Both the position numbers and the translations under genes were made by a program. Positions 52,533 through 61,523 of a stretch of 64,000 bases of DNA are shown here, one piece after another (positions within the stretch are counted from its first letter, which is position 1; each line of letters opens with the position of its first letter). A model generated the notes under the pieces. That model ran no database searches. It was given only the letters and a program-made list of their open reading frames with translations, and had not been told where the DNA came from. Source of the DNA: Chlamydiota bacterium (lineage in GTDB: Bacteria; Chlamydiota; Chlamydiia; Chlamydiales; JAAKFR01). The stretch lies in NCBI GenBank assembly GCA_021772465.1, contig JAJFLX010000012.1:65404-129403 (forward strand), given 5' to 3'.

Positions 52533-53833
52533 ACCATCCTTTCTAACATCTCTAATACCGCACTGAACGAGACTTTGTCAAATGCAGACTGCTGCAAAAA
52601 AGTCTGGATCCTCGCGTTCTTTTCGATCGCCTCGTCGACTTTTGGGTCTGAGCCTCGATCGTAGGCGCCCAAACGAATCAACTCTTCAGCGTCACGATAA
52701 GCATGAAGCAATTGACGAATTTTTGCTCCCTTTTTTTGCTGCCACTCTGCTGTCACATGATTCATCACACGGGAGAGTGAGCGGAGCAGATCTATCGGTG
52801 GAAAGTGAGCTGCCGCGGCGAGATCAGACGATAACTGGAGGTGGCCGTCGAGTAGAGAGCGCATCTGATCTGGAATCGGATCGTGGAGCTCATCTTCTTC
52901 GCAAAGGATAGTGTAAATTCCCGTAATCGACCCTTTTTGACTCGTCCCCACCCTCTCAATGAGTCTCGGGAGCGAGGCGAAAACAGAGGGCGTATACCCT
53001 CGGGTTGTTGGGGGCTCTCCGACTGCCAAACCAATCTCGCGAAGTGCCATTGCGTACCTCGAAACAGAATCCATTACGAGCAGTACATCTTTCCCCAGAT
53101 CGCGAAAATATTCGGCAATAGCTGTCGCGACATTCGCCCCTTTGCTTCTAAGTAAAGCCGCTTGATCAGACGTCGCTACGACAACTACTGACTTTGCAAG
53201 CCCTTCAGCGCCAAGCTCTCTTTCGATAAACTCGCGGACTTCACGCCCTCTCTCTCCAATCAGGGCAATCACATTGATATCAGCACTTCCCATCCTAGCG
53301 ATCATCCCCATCAGGGTCGATTTTCCAACCCCTGGAGCAGAAACAATCCCAATCCGCTGACCCTTGCCGAGCGTACAGAGTCCATCGATGGCCTTGATGC
53401 CAGTTGGCATCGGCTGGTTGATGGGCCTACGACTCAAGGGAGGAGGAGGGGGAGCAATCACGGGGTAGAGCTGCTCTGAAAAAAGATCTCCCTTCCCATC
53501 GATGGGGTGGCCAAGCGCATCGAGCACCCTTCCACAAAGTGCTTCAGAAACGGCAACTCGATGAACCTCACCGGTGGGGTAGACTTCAGCTCCAGGACCA
53601 ATATGCAACACCTCACCTAGTGACATCAGTAACACTTTGTGCTCTTTAAAGCCGACAACCTCGCAAGGGATCATCCGTCTATCTTTTCCATAGACGTAGC
53701 AGAATTCACCTACAAAGACATCAGGACCTATCGACTCGATGAGAAGGCCTATCACCTGAACGACACGTCCACTGACTCTCGGCTCGTGCTTTTGCTTGAC
53801 TAGGTCTATCTCTTTTGCGAGCAACTTTGTCAT
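52529..53833 (-). CDS. fliI: Flagellar/type III secretion export ATPase (FliI/SctN family)
   Basis: 434 aa. Walker A SAPGVGKST, Walker B VLLVMDSVSRYA, and F1-beta-like fold motifs. Confidence 0.88.
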   Translation of the reverse strand: MTKLLAKEIDLVKQKHEPRVSGRVVQVIGLLIESIGPDVFVGEFCYVYGKDRRMIPCEVVGFKEHKVLLMSLGEVLHIGPGAEVYPTGEVHRVAVSEALCGRVLDALGHPIDGKGDLFSEQLYPVIAPPPPPLSRRPINQPMPTGIKAIDGLCTLGKGQRIGIVSAPGVGKSTLMGMIARMGSADINVIALIGERGREVREFIERELGAEGLAKSVVVVATSDQAALLRSKGANVATAIAEYFRDLGKDVLLVMDSVSRYAMALREIGLAVGEPPTTRGYTPSVFASLPRLIERVGTSQKGSITGIYTILCEEDELHDPIPDQMRSLLDGHLQLSSDLAAAAHFPPIDLLRSLSRVMNHVTAEWQQKKGAKIRQLLHAYRDAEELIRLGAYDRGSDPKVDEAIEKNARIQTFLQQSAFDKVSFSAVLEMLERMV

Positions 53834-54408
53834 TGTCTTTGAAGCACTTTAGCTTGAAGCTCAGAGAGTTCACGGGAAATATCGTAGTTGATCAGTCCCC
53901 CTTGAGATTCAACCCGGCAATCTCCTCTGCGCATCAAGGGGTCTTGGATAAACTGCACCTCATCGAGCTCAAGACTTTCCAGCATAGCATAATCCTCTGG
54001 TGAGACGACCACTTCAAGTGGTTGTTGCTTCATGCGAGCAGTAGCCACGCTAATGAGCATTCCGATCAGCTGAGCAAAGACATGAGGCTGCGACAGCTCT
54101 CTTCGGATAATTCGTTCACACACTCCCATCGAAAATTCGACAATTTCGGGTCTTAGCTGATCGATCAAGCGAGACTTGTGCTCGAGCACTCTCTCTGCCA
54201 TGCGTTGCAGGAGATCCACAAAAGTGCTCGACTCTTGTTGCCCTTTTAACAACCCGATCTTTTCTCCCTTTTCAACCCCTTTTTGAAAGGCCTTGCGGCA
54301 CTCCTCTTCAACTAAATCATGGAAGCTCTCATCTCGTGATGAAAGCACTTCGCGCTTTGCATTGAGAAGCACTGTTTCTAATACTGTTTCACCACGAATG
54401 ATGCTCAT
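53830..54408 (-). CDS. FliH/SctL-like ATPase regulator
   Basis: 192 aa. C-terminal pattern GDCRVESQGGLINYDISRELSEL typical of FliH/SctL. Has 4-nt overlaps on both sides. Confidence 0.6.
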   Translation of the reverse strand: MSIIRGETVLETVLLNAKREVLSSRDESFHDLVEEECRKAFQKGVEKGEKIGLLKGQQESSTFVDLLQRMAERVLEHKSRLIDQLRPEIVEFSMGVCERIIRRELSQPHVFAQLIGMLISVATARMKQQPLEVVVSPEDYAMLESLELDEVQFIQDPLMRRGDCRVESQGGLINYDISRELSELQAKVLQRQ

Positions 54409-55433
54409 GACTCAGCTTCGAGTGCCAAGAGCACCGCCTCTTGCACATCAGCAGAAAAAAACATCATGAGCTCCTCAGCTCTCGAGGGCTCGAGGTAGCC
54501 GAGCATCTTGGCAATCCGCTTCGGATCTTCCCCTTGCATCGAAGCAGCCAAATGTTGCAAGTTGATCCGAGTCATCATTTGAAAAAAGCCCTCTTCCTCT
54601 GCGCGCCCCCTGTACCTTCTGAAAAGAGCGTAGATCCCCCCAAATATGAGCAAGAGAATGCCTGCAAATAGAGCTAACTGCCCATAATTTCTCGAAGCGA
54701 TGGAAGTGGGGTGATGAGAGAAGGGGATCAAATGGATGCGAGCGGCTCCCATTAGATTGAGTTGGGTCTCAATTGGCTCAATTGTATCCATTCGAAGCGC
54801 ATCGATCACAACAAAAGCCCCTTCACTCTCCATATGGATATAAAAATGACCTGAACCGACTAGCTGAGTGAGCAACCCACGCAGCCCCCTCTCTACCTCT
54901 GAAGCTTTCCGGTCGATCGCTTCTCCCATAGCTTTATAGAGCTGTCCTGTTGTGTCAGAAACGGCGATACGATCCACTTCTAGACCGTGGATGGCTCCCG
55001 CTACATGGAGAACCACTGCACTGATTTGTGTGGGCGATAAAATCGAATCCTCTTGAAGAGTCAAGATAACTGAGGCCTTAGGGCCATGCAAATCGCCTTT
55101 GAAAGGGGTCGGTTGAAGAAGATCTAAGATCACACGAGCGCTTTTAATAAATTCAAAATCGGCCAGATCACGCTCAAGCTGCCCCTTTAAAGCGCGCATC
55201 TCGAGAACCTGGAGCTCCTTTTCCCCCTTAATCCAAGTATTGCTATCGAACAGCTCAAATCCCTTGGCTTGAGGAGAGCAGACCTCTTGGACCGCTTCAG
55301 CTACACCCCTTTTTTTCCATGCCCGAAAACTTCCTAAGCCTATTGAGAAGAGCAACACCCCTCCAACTGCAAATACGAGGAGTTTTCGATTCTGAAAAAA
55401 ATCCTGAAGCTGCGAGAGCCCTTTTTTATCCAT
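54405..55433 (-). CDS. fliF: FliF/SctJ-family inner-membrane ring protein (short FliF-like)
   Basis: 342 aa with N- and C-proximal TM segments flanking a periplasmic ring-building region. The C-terminal cytoplasmic tail is FliG-binding-like (RIAKMLGYLEPSRAEELMMFF). Position matches the chlamydial fliF-like gene. Confidence 0.65.
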   Translation of the reverse strand: MDKKGLSQLQDFFQNRKLLVFAVGGVLLFSIGLGSFRAWKKRGVAEAVQEVCSPQAKGFELFDSNTWIKGEKELQVLEMRALKGQLERDLADFEFIKSARVILDLLQPTPFKGDLHGPKASVILTLQEDSILSPTQISAVVLHVAGAIHGLEVDRIAVSDTTGQLYKAMGEAIDRKASEVERGLRGLLTQLVGSGHFYIHMESEGAFVVIDALRMDTIEPIETQLNLMGAARIHLIPFSHHPTSIASRNYGQLALFAGILLLIFGGIYALFRRYRGRAEEEGFFQMMTRINLQHLAASMQGEDPKRIAKMLGYLEPSRAEELMMFFSADVQEAVLLALEAES

Positions 55434-55532
55434 AGTTTCTATTTAGCAAAGAAGGGCAAATATGACAATGAACCAAATGTCTTTTAAAATTATTTAGGCT
55501 GTGTTAAAGATATTGTTTTTATTGAAGATCAA

Positions 55533-56609
55533 ATGAATCGACGAATCGTCTACCCCTACAACGAGATTTTACCTAAAAGAGCGGCTCATGACGCTTTTAT
55601 CTTTCAGGAGTGCGCTGCTCTTCATGCGGCGGGCCTTTCCACAACACTGATTTGCGGGCGCGGCACTTGGGCCGCTCCAAAGCTTTTCGCCCACTACGGC
55701 ACCCCCTCTTTTCCGGTACATCAACTCCCCATTATACGAAAAAATAACCCCTGGAGGATCAGCTGGAATTTACCCTTTTTTATGGCAACGCAGAGCTATC
55801 TCAAAAAAAAGCGTCCCGATTGGGTCTTTCTAAGCGTTGCCAAACAGGGGGCCTACCACCTCAAACGAAAAATTTCTGGTATCCGCTATCTCTACGAGGT
55901 GCATGAACTTGCTCACTACCCAAATGACTCTTCTCAAAGTTCTGATCGTGAATTTTTAAGCCGAGCAGATCTCATCACAGTAACAACAGAGCCGCTCAAA
56001 GAGATCCTTCTAGCTCCCCCCTACTCCCTCACAAATCGCATAGAAGTGATCCCTCTAGCCGTAGACAAGTCCCCCTTGCCGCCCCCTGCTTCAAATCGGC
56101 GACTTCAAATCGCCTATGTAGGTCAGCTTTACAAAGATCAAGGGGTCGATTTACTGGTGAAAGCGCTCTCTCATTTAGAGGGGGTAGACCTTCGAATCAT
56201 TGGGGGGAGAGCGAGCGAGATCGAGGCGTTTAAGAGCCCTCCCCACGTTACGTTTACCGGTTTTGTGCCTCCTTCGGAGCTCTCCCATCACCTCAAGGGC
56301 GTTGATGTTTTTGTGGCACCCTTTTTCGATGTGGGAAGAATGCCTTATGTCGCTCACACCAAACTTCTCGACTACGCCTCATGGGTAAGGCCCGTTGTAG
56401 CTCCCGATATCCCTCTCTTGCACGAACACTTTGAAGAGGGGGTAGATGCCCTCTTTTTTACTCCAAAAGACCCTAGCTCTTTGGCGCAAACTATCAAAAA
56501 GCTACAAGACCCCGAACTCAGAGCAACGCTTCAAACAGGCATTCAAAAACACGCCCATCGCTACAGTTGGAAAAAAAGAGCTCTTCGCTATGAATCGATC
56601 CTCTATTAG
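55533..56609 (+). CDS. Glycosyltransferase (GT-B fold, GT4-like)
   Basis: 358 aa. C-terminal half has GT4-like features (IAYVGQLYKDQGVDLLVKA, FVAPF...AHTKLLDYASW). The family call is approximate. Confidence 0.65.
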   Translation: MNRRIVYPYNEILPKRAAHDAFIFQECAALHAAGLSTTLICGRGTWAAPKLFAHYGTPSFPVHQLPIIRKNNPWRISWNLPFFMATQSYLKKKRPDWVFLSVAKQGAYHLKRKISGIRYLYEVHELAHYPNDSSQSSDREFLSRADLITVTTEPLKEILLAPPYSLTNRIEVIPLAVDKSPLPPPASNRRLQIAYVGQLYKDQGVDLLVKALSHLEGVDLRIIGGRASEIEAFKSPPHVTFTGFVPPSELSHHLKGVDVFVAPFFDVGRMPYVAHTKLLDYASWVRPVVAPDIPLLHEHFEEGVDALFFTPKDPSSLAQTIKKLQDPELRATLQTGIQKHAHRYSWKKRALRYESILY

Positions 56610-56664
56610 GCCTCCCTTGGCGAGAGTGCAGCAATAATTTCACGGGTGTGTTATCTCTTGTCAC

Positions 56665-57714
56665 ATGAACAAAAAACGCCTCTTTTACGCCTCTTTAGCC
56701 CTTCTTTTAATCGCCTTTTTCTCTTTTCCCTATTTTCAAGCCAATGCAGGTCCAAGACCCCTTTTTCCAGGTTTGCCAACAGAGTTTGTCTATCCAACTG
56801 ACAAAATCGCTTCCGCGCATTCGACGCAGCTCATTTCAGAGGCGAGATTAGAGGCGTGGAATGAGGCTCTCGAACACTACTTTCAAAAACACCAGGTCGG
56901 CTTTGCAGCCCGGCTTCGGTTTTACACTTACCTTTTTTCAGCTCAACAAGATGCCGCCTACCTCTCCTACAATGTCCATCGCTGTTTTTTTGGGAGTTTA
57001 GACCCTTTGAACGCCAGAGTCGTTCACGCATTTTTTCCGGGCTTTCAAGGGGCCCCAATTGGCGTCAGTGATGCCTATTCTGAGCTTTTGGCAACCACTG
57101 TCTGGAAGCCTTACGAGGCGCGCTTAGCGCAAGAGAAAAGCCCCATTTTAGACTGGGAGCCGTGGATCACCCCTCTTCCTCATACGCCTCCACCCAAAGA
57201 GACTTCAGAAGGGCAGATGAAAGAGCTAGAGGCGATCCGAGGTGAGCTTACTGAGAAGCAGAAAGAATCGGCTCGATTTTGGGCTAAAAGGGAGTTTTGG
57301 GTCGATTGCATTCAGCAATACATGCGCGAGACTGGCACCTCTTTTGCCAAGCAATTGCTCGTTCGCTCAACCTTGATGAGGGTGAGATACGACACTTTGA
57401 TTGCCATAACCCGGGATAAAGTCGAGTACGACATGCCAAGGCCTGGCAAAGTGAATCCCCAGATGACGCTTTTGATCGAAGAGCCCGATTCGCCTAGCTA
57501 TCCTTCGGGCCACGCAGCGTTTGGAAGCGCGGCAAGCGATGTACTCTGCTTCTTTTTTCCAAACGAGTGCACTCGCTGGTGTGAGCTTGGATATGAGGTG
57601 GGAGCGTCGCGTCTATGGGCGGGCGTGCATTTTCCACAGGATGTGAACGCGGGTCGAGAGCTGGGCAATCAAGTTGCCGAACAATTCATCACACAACTTT
57701 CAAGCAAACTATAG
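56665..57714 (+). CDS. PAP2-superfamily protein (acid phosphatase / vanadium haloperoxidase-related), secreted
   Basis: 349 aa with a signal peptide. PSYPSGHAAFGSAA and SRLWAGVHFPQDVNAGRELG are PAP2 motifs. Confidence 0.75.
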   Translation: MNKKRLFYASLALLLIAFFSFPYFQANAGPRPLFPGLPTEFVYPTDKIASAHSTQLISEARLEAWNEALEHYFQKHQVGFAARLRFYTYLFSAQQDAAYLSYNVHRCFFGSLDPLNARVVHAFFPGFQGAPIGVSDAYSELLATTVWKPYEARLAQEKSPILDWEPWITPLPHTPPPKETSEGQMKELEAIRGELTEKQKESARFWAKREFWVDCIQQYMRETGTSFAKQLLVRSTLMRVRYDTLIAITRDKVEYDMPRPGKVNPQMTLLIEEPDSPSYPSGHAAFGSAASDVLCFFFPNECTRWCELGYEVGASRLWAGVHFPQDVNAGRELGNQVAEQFITQLSSKL

Positions 57715-57732
57715 GTTAGAGATACTGCATCT

Positions 57733-58659
57733 CTAAAGAGTGATGCGATCGCCCTGCTTGGGGAAAATGAAGCTGCAGTCTAGATCAGACGATGCTTGAA
57801 GCTCATGCGCGATCTTTTCGTGTGCATCGACCCCTTTTTTGAGCCCGAGCTTTCGGTGAGTAATCACCACTTTTAACCCCTCAAGGTTATCTTCTGTAAA
57901 GCTTGCGAGGTGATGGAGCTCTCGCAAGGTGAGTTTTGTATCGAGATGGCCATAAATGGCTTGATCGGCCTCCTCTCTTGGAAAAGAGCTCTCGAGCAAT
58001 ATGCCCCGCAACTTCCCTGAGCGGTGCAGCGGTGCTACGCGAGACCAGATACGCTCGATGTGCTTCTCAATTTCAAGAGAATCCGAAGAGGTATCTCCAA
58101 AGTAGAGAACGTATTCCCCTCTATTTTCTAGCAAGAAAGCGGTCGAGGGATACCCCCGGGGGTGGCTGAGCAAAAAGGCTTCAACAGTGAAAGAGGTTTC
58201 GGCCAAAGGGCAAGGTTGATGAAGGGGAAGGCGATGGTAGTGGTACTTGGCGAGTTGAGGCTCGATCCCTTCATCTCCATAATTGGGCCAGATGCGCCCA
58301 TTGAAGATATGATCGCGCAAGTTGTCGATTGTGGGATCGATGCCAGCAATCGTTTTAGGGGTATCAATCTGAGAGTTGATCACAAGCCCAGCGATATGAT
58401 CGAGGTGGGCATGGGAGATGAGGTAAGCCTTTAGATGGTGCCGCATGAGCTCAATCGGAGGCTTGTATTTCGAATCAAAAATCGGAAAAGAATCGAGATG
58501 ATGAGAAGCCTCTGCCATTTCAAGGCCTGAGAGAAGCGACCCTGCATCGAGAGCGACGCAAGCTAGATCATTTCGTCTCGATAGAAGGTAGCCCGACAAA
58601 TTTCTATCAAACGGCCCCCCGCTACATCCGAGCACAATCAGCTCGAACGCATCGTTCAT
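57733..58659 (-). CDS. Class II 3',5'-cyclic-nucleotide phosphodiesterase (metallo-beta-lactamase fold)
   Basis: 308 aa. LGCSGGP N-terminus and the signature [12 protein letters not shown]. Length and layout resemble yeast PDE1 / Vibrio CpdP-type enzymes. Confidence 0.75.
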   Translation of the reverse strand: MNDAFELIVLGCSGGPFDRNLSGYLLSRRNDLACVALDAGSLLSGLEMAEASHHLDSFPIFDSKYKPPIELMRHHLKAYLISHAHLDHIAGLVINSQIDTPKTIAGIDPTIDNLRDHIFNGRIWPNYGDEGIEPQLAKYHYHRLPLHQPCPLAETSFTVEAFLLSHPRGYPSTAFLLENRGEYVLYFGDTSSDSLEIEKHIERIWSRVAPLHRSGKLRGILLESSFPREEADQAIYGHLDTKLTLRELHHLASFTEDNLEGLKVVITHRKLGLKKGVDAHEKIAHELQASSDLDCSFIFPKQGDRITL

Positions 58660-60425
58660 TGATTAAGCCTCTTTTCAAGAGCATCGAGCTCTCGACAAAT
58701 CCCCTCTGGGAGGCGAGCGCCAAACTGCTCAAAATAGACACGAATTTCAGCCACCTCTTTGAGCCACTCCTTTTTGTCGATTTGAAAAAGCGCCTCAAGA
58801 TTCAAAGAGAGTCCACTGATATCGAGCTGCTTGGGGAGATAACCTATCGCGCTCTCTTCAGCCTCTGCCCTCTCTTCGCACCGCTCAAAAATCCATTTAA
58901 GCACCCGAATGTTATCCCCAAAACCGGGCCACAGGTACTTGCCCTCTGGGGATTTTTGGAACCAGTTGACCGCAAAAATTTTGGGAAGTTTTGGGGCGTA
59001 TTGTGGCATCGAGAGCCAATGGCCAAAGTAATCACCCATATTGTAGCCACAGAAAGGGAGCATCGCGAACGGGTCGTGCCTCAGCTTTCCAACAGCTCCT
59101 GTCGCTGCTGCTGTAGTTTGTGAGGAGATGGTCGCTCCAAGAAACGTGCCATGGTTCCAATCAAAGGCTTCATAAACGAGGGGAATAACCGAGTCTCTTC
59201 TCCCTCCAAATAGGATCGCTGAAATAGGGACCCCCTCGGGATCTTCCCAGGCAGGATCGATCACAGGGCACTGATGAGCTGGAGCGGTAAAGCGAGAGTT
59301 AGGGTGCGCAGCGGGCTTACCACTAGCTGGATCCCACGGATTGCCCTGCCAATCGATCAGATTATCAGGGGGAGTCTCGGTAAGACCCTCCCACCACACA
59401 TCTCCATTTTCGGTAAGAGCAACATTGGTAAAAATAGAATTCTCATTGCATGTACGTAGAGCATTGGGATTGGATTTGAGAGAGGTACCGGGAGCTACGC
59501 CAAAAAAACCTGCTTCAGGATTAATTGCATAGAGCTGACCATCAAGCCTGGGCTTCATCCAAGCAATGTCGTCTCCAACGCACTCCACTTTCCATCCCGG
59601 AAGTTTGGACTCGAGCATGGCCAGGTTTGTTTTTCCACATGCGCTTGGAAAGGCCGCAGCAAAATACTTTTTCTTCCCCTCAGGATTGGTGATCCCAACG
59701 ATGAGCATGTGCTCAGCGAGCCAACCCTCATCCCGTCCCATAACAGAGGCTATTCGCAGAGCAAAACACTTTTTCCCAAGCAGCGCATTTCCGCCATAGC
59801 CACTTCCAAAAGACCAAATGCTTCGCTTTTCTGGAAAGTGGACAACAAGCGTCTCTTCGGGGTTGCAAGGCCAAGCAACATCATGATCTCCCACATGAAG
59901 AGGGACTCCCACACTATGAATTGAGGGAATAAACCCCCCTTCCTCCCCGAGAAGATCGAGAATCTCGAGCCCCATTCGAGTCATGATGCGCATGTTACAT
60001 ACGACATAAGGAGAATCTGTGAGCTCCACTCCAATATGAGCAATTTCAGACCCAAGAGGCCCCATGCTGAAGGGAATAACATAGAGAGTGCGCCCATGCA
60101 TGCACCCTTCGAAAAGAGAGCGCAGCTTCGTCTCCATCTCTTGTGGAGGCATCCAATTATTCGTAGGGCCGGCATCGATCTCATTTTCTGAGCAAATAAA
60201 GGTGCGCTTTTCCATCCGTGCAACATCACGTGGATCAGAAGCGGCGTAGTAGCTGTTCGGGCGTTGAGCTAGCTTGGTAAAAACGCCTCTCTCCACCATC
60301 TGCGCACAAAGTGTATCGTACTCCTCTTGAGAGCCATCACAAATATGAACGCCCGCTGGCTTTGTGAGCTCTATCATTTCATGTATCCACGCTTCAAGCT
60401 TTTGATTTTGGAGCGCTTCTAGCAT
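58656..60425 (-). CDS. pckG: Phosphoenolpyruvate carboxykinase (GTP)
   Basis: 589 aa. FPSACGKTN kinase-1a loop and GDDIAWM motif. Confidence 0.92.
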   Translation of the reverse strand: MLEALQNQKLEAWIHEMIELTKPAGVHICDGSQEEYDTLCAQMVERGVFTKLAQRPNSYYAASDPRDVARMEKRTFICSENEIDAGPTNNWMPPQEMETKLRSLFEGCMHGRTLYVIPFSMGPLGSEIAHIGVELTDSPYVVCNMRIMTRMGLEILDLLGEEGGFIPSIHSVGVPLHVGDHDVAWPCNPEETLVVHFPEKRSIWSFGSGYGGNALLGKKCFALRIASVMGRDEGWLAEHMLIVGITNPEGKKKYFAAAFPSACGKTNLAMLESKLPGWKVECVGDDIAWMKPRLDGQLYAINPEAGFFGVAPGTSLKSNPNALRTCNENSIFTNVALTENGDVWWEGLTETPPDNLIDWQGNPWDPASGKPAAHPNSRFTAPAHQCPVIDPAWEDPEGVPISAILFGGRRDSVIPLVYEAFDWNHGTFLGATISSQTTAAATGAVGKLRHDPFAMLPFCGYNMGDYFGHWLSMPQYAPKLPKIFAVNWFQKSPEGKYLWPGFGDNIRVLKWIFERCEERAEAEESAIGYLPKQLDISGLSLNLEALFQIDKKEWLKEVAEIRVYFEQFGARLPEGICRELDALEKRLNQ

Positions 60426-61519
60426 TAAAACATCGCCTTTCTCTTCTTAAACTTATCGAGATGCTCTAACGCTTTGCCCGTTCCAATGCAGACAGCCAGC
60501 AGAGGGTGAGGAGCGATAATGACAGGTAAACCTGTCTCTTTTGTCAACGCTTTGTCAAGCCCCTTGATAAGCGCCCCTCCACCTGCGAGAACCATGCCCC
60601 TTTCAACGAGGTCGGCAGAGAGCTCTGGAGGACATTTTTCAAGAGTAAGTCTCACACACTCGACGATCTGTAGAAGCGGCTCACCAAGACAATCGCGAAT
60701 TTCAACCGAATTAATCCTCTTAGTAATCGGAAGTCCTGCCACCTGGTCGCGCCCTCGAACTTCCATCTCCAGTTCGCGGTCTCCAAGAGGAAAGGCCGAG
60801 CCAATCGTGATTTTGATCTCTTCTGCTGTGCGAGGACCGATCATCAAATTGTAAGTGCGTCTCATGTAGTTGATGATGCACTCATCAAACTCATCGCCTG
60901 CGATGCGCAAAGACCTAGACTCGACAATCCCCCCAAGTGAGATGATCGCTATCTCGGTCGTTCCGCCACCGATATCGATGATCATGCTAGCTGCAGGCTC
61001 ATGAACGGGCAGGTCGACTCCAATAGCGGCGGCCATGGGCTCTTCAATCAAAATCACCTCCTGCGCCCCTGCATGGAGTGCAGAATCCTCTACAGCTCGC
61101 TTCTCTACCCCCGTGATCCCGGAGGGAACAGCAATGAGGATCTTGGGGCGAAAGAGGGTGCGCGTCGGCGTGACACGCTTGATAAGCGCTTTGAGCATCC
61201 CTTCCGCAATCTCAAAATCGGCGATAACCCCATCTTTCATCGGACGCACGGCGTGGATTTTTCGAGGGGTTTTACCGAGCATAGCCTTTGCCTTGTGCCC
61301 GACTGCCAACACCTCATTGGTTTGGGAGTCGACAGCGACCACTGAGGGTTCGCTCAGAACAATCCCCTTGCCACGTACGTAGACTAAGGTATTTGCCGTT
61401 CCAAGATCGATCCCAATATCACTTGAGAAAAAATTGAACAGTTTATCAAATCGATTAAAAGCCTTGCTTCGAATGGTTTCGAGAAGGGCTTTGTAGCCTG
61501 GGTGGCTCCGTTTTTGCAT
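60425..61519 (-). CDS. mreB: Rod shape-determining protein MreB
   Basis: 364 aa. [25 protein letters not shown] and actin-fold motifs. Confidence 0.93.
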   Translation of the reverse strand: MQKRSHPGYKALLETIRSKAFNRFDKLFNFFSSDIGIDLGTANTLVYVRGKGIVLSEPSVVAVDSQTNEVLAVGHKAKAMLGKTPRKIHAVRPMKDGVIADFEIAEGMLKALIKRVTPTRTLFRPKILIAVPSGITGVEKRAVEDSALHAGAQEVILIEEPMAAAIGVDLPVHEPAASMIIDIGGGTTEIAIISLGGIVESRSLRIAGDEFDECIINYMRRTYNLMIGPRTAEEIKITIGSAFPLGDRELEMEVRGRDQVAGLPITKRINSVEIRDCLGEPLLQIVECVRLTLEKCPPELSADLVERGMVLAGGGALIKGLDKALTKETGLPVIIAPHPLLAVCIGTGKALEHLDKFKKRKAMF

Positions 61520-61523
61520 GACA

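Noticed and set aside
52119-55433. Alternative reading of the ATPase cluster as injectisome genes sctO-sctN-sctL-sctJ.
   Set aside because: No needle, translocon, chaperone or export-gate genes are adjacent. Synteny with gpsA and the UDP-sugar pyrophosphorylase matches the chlamydial flagellar-homolog locus as I remember it. The call stays at family level (FliI/SctN etc.) because only phylogeny can settle it.
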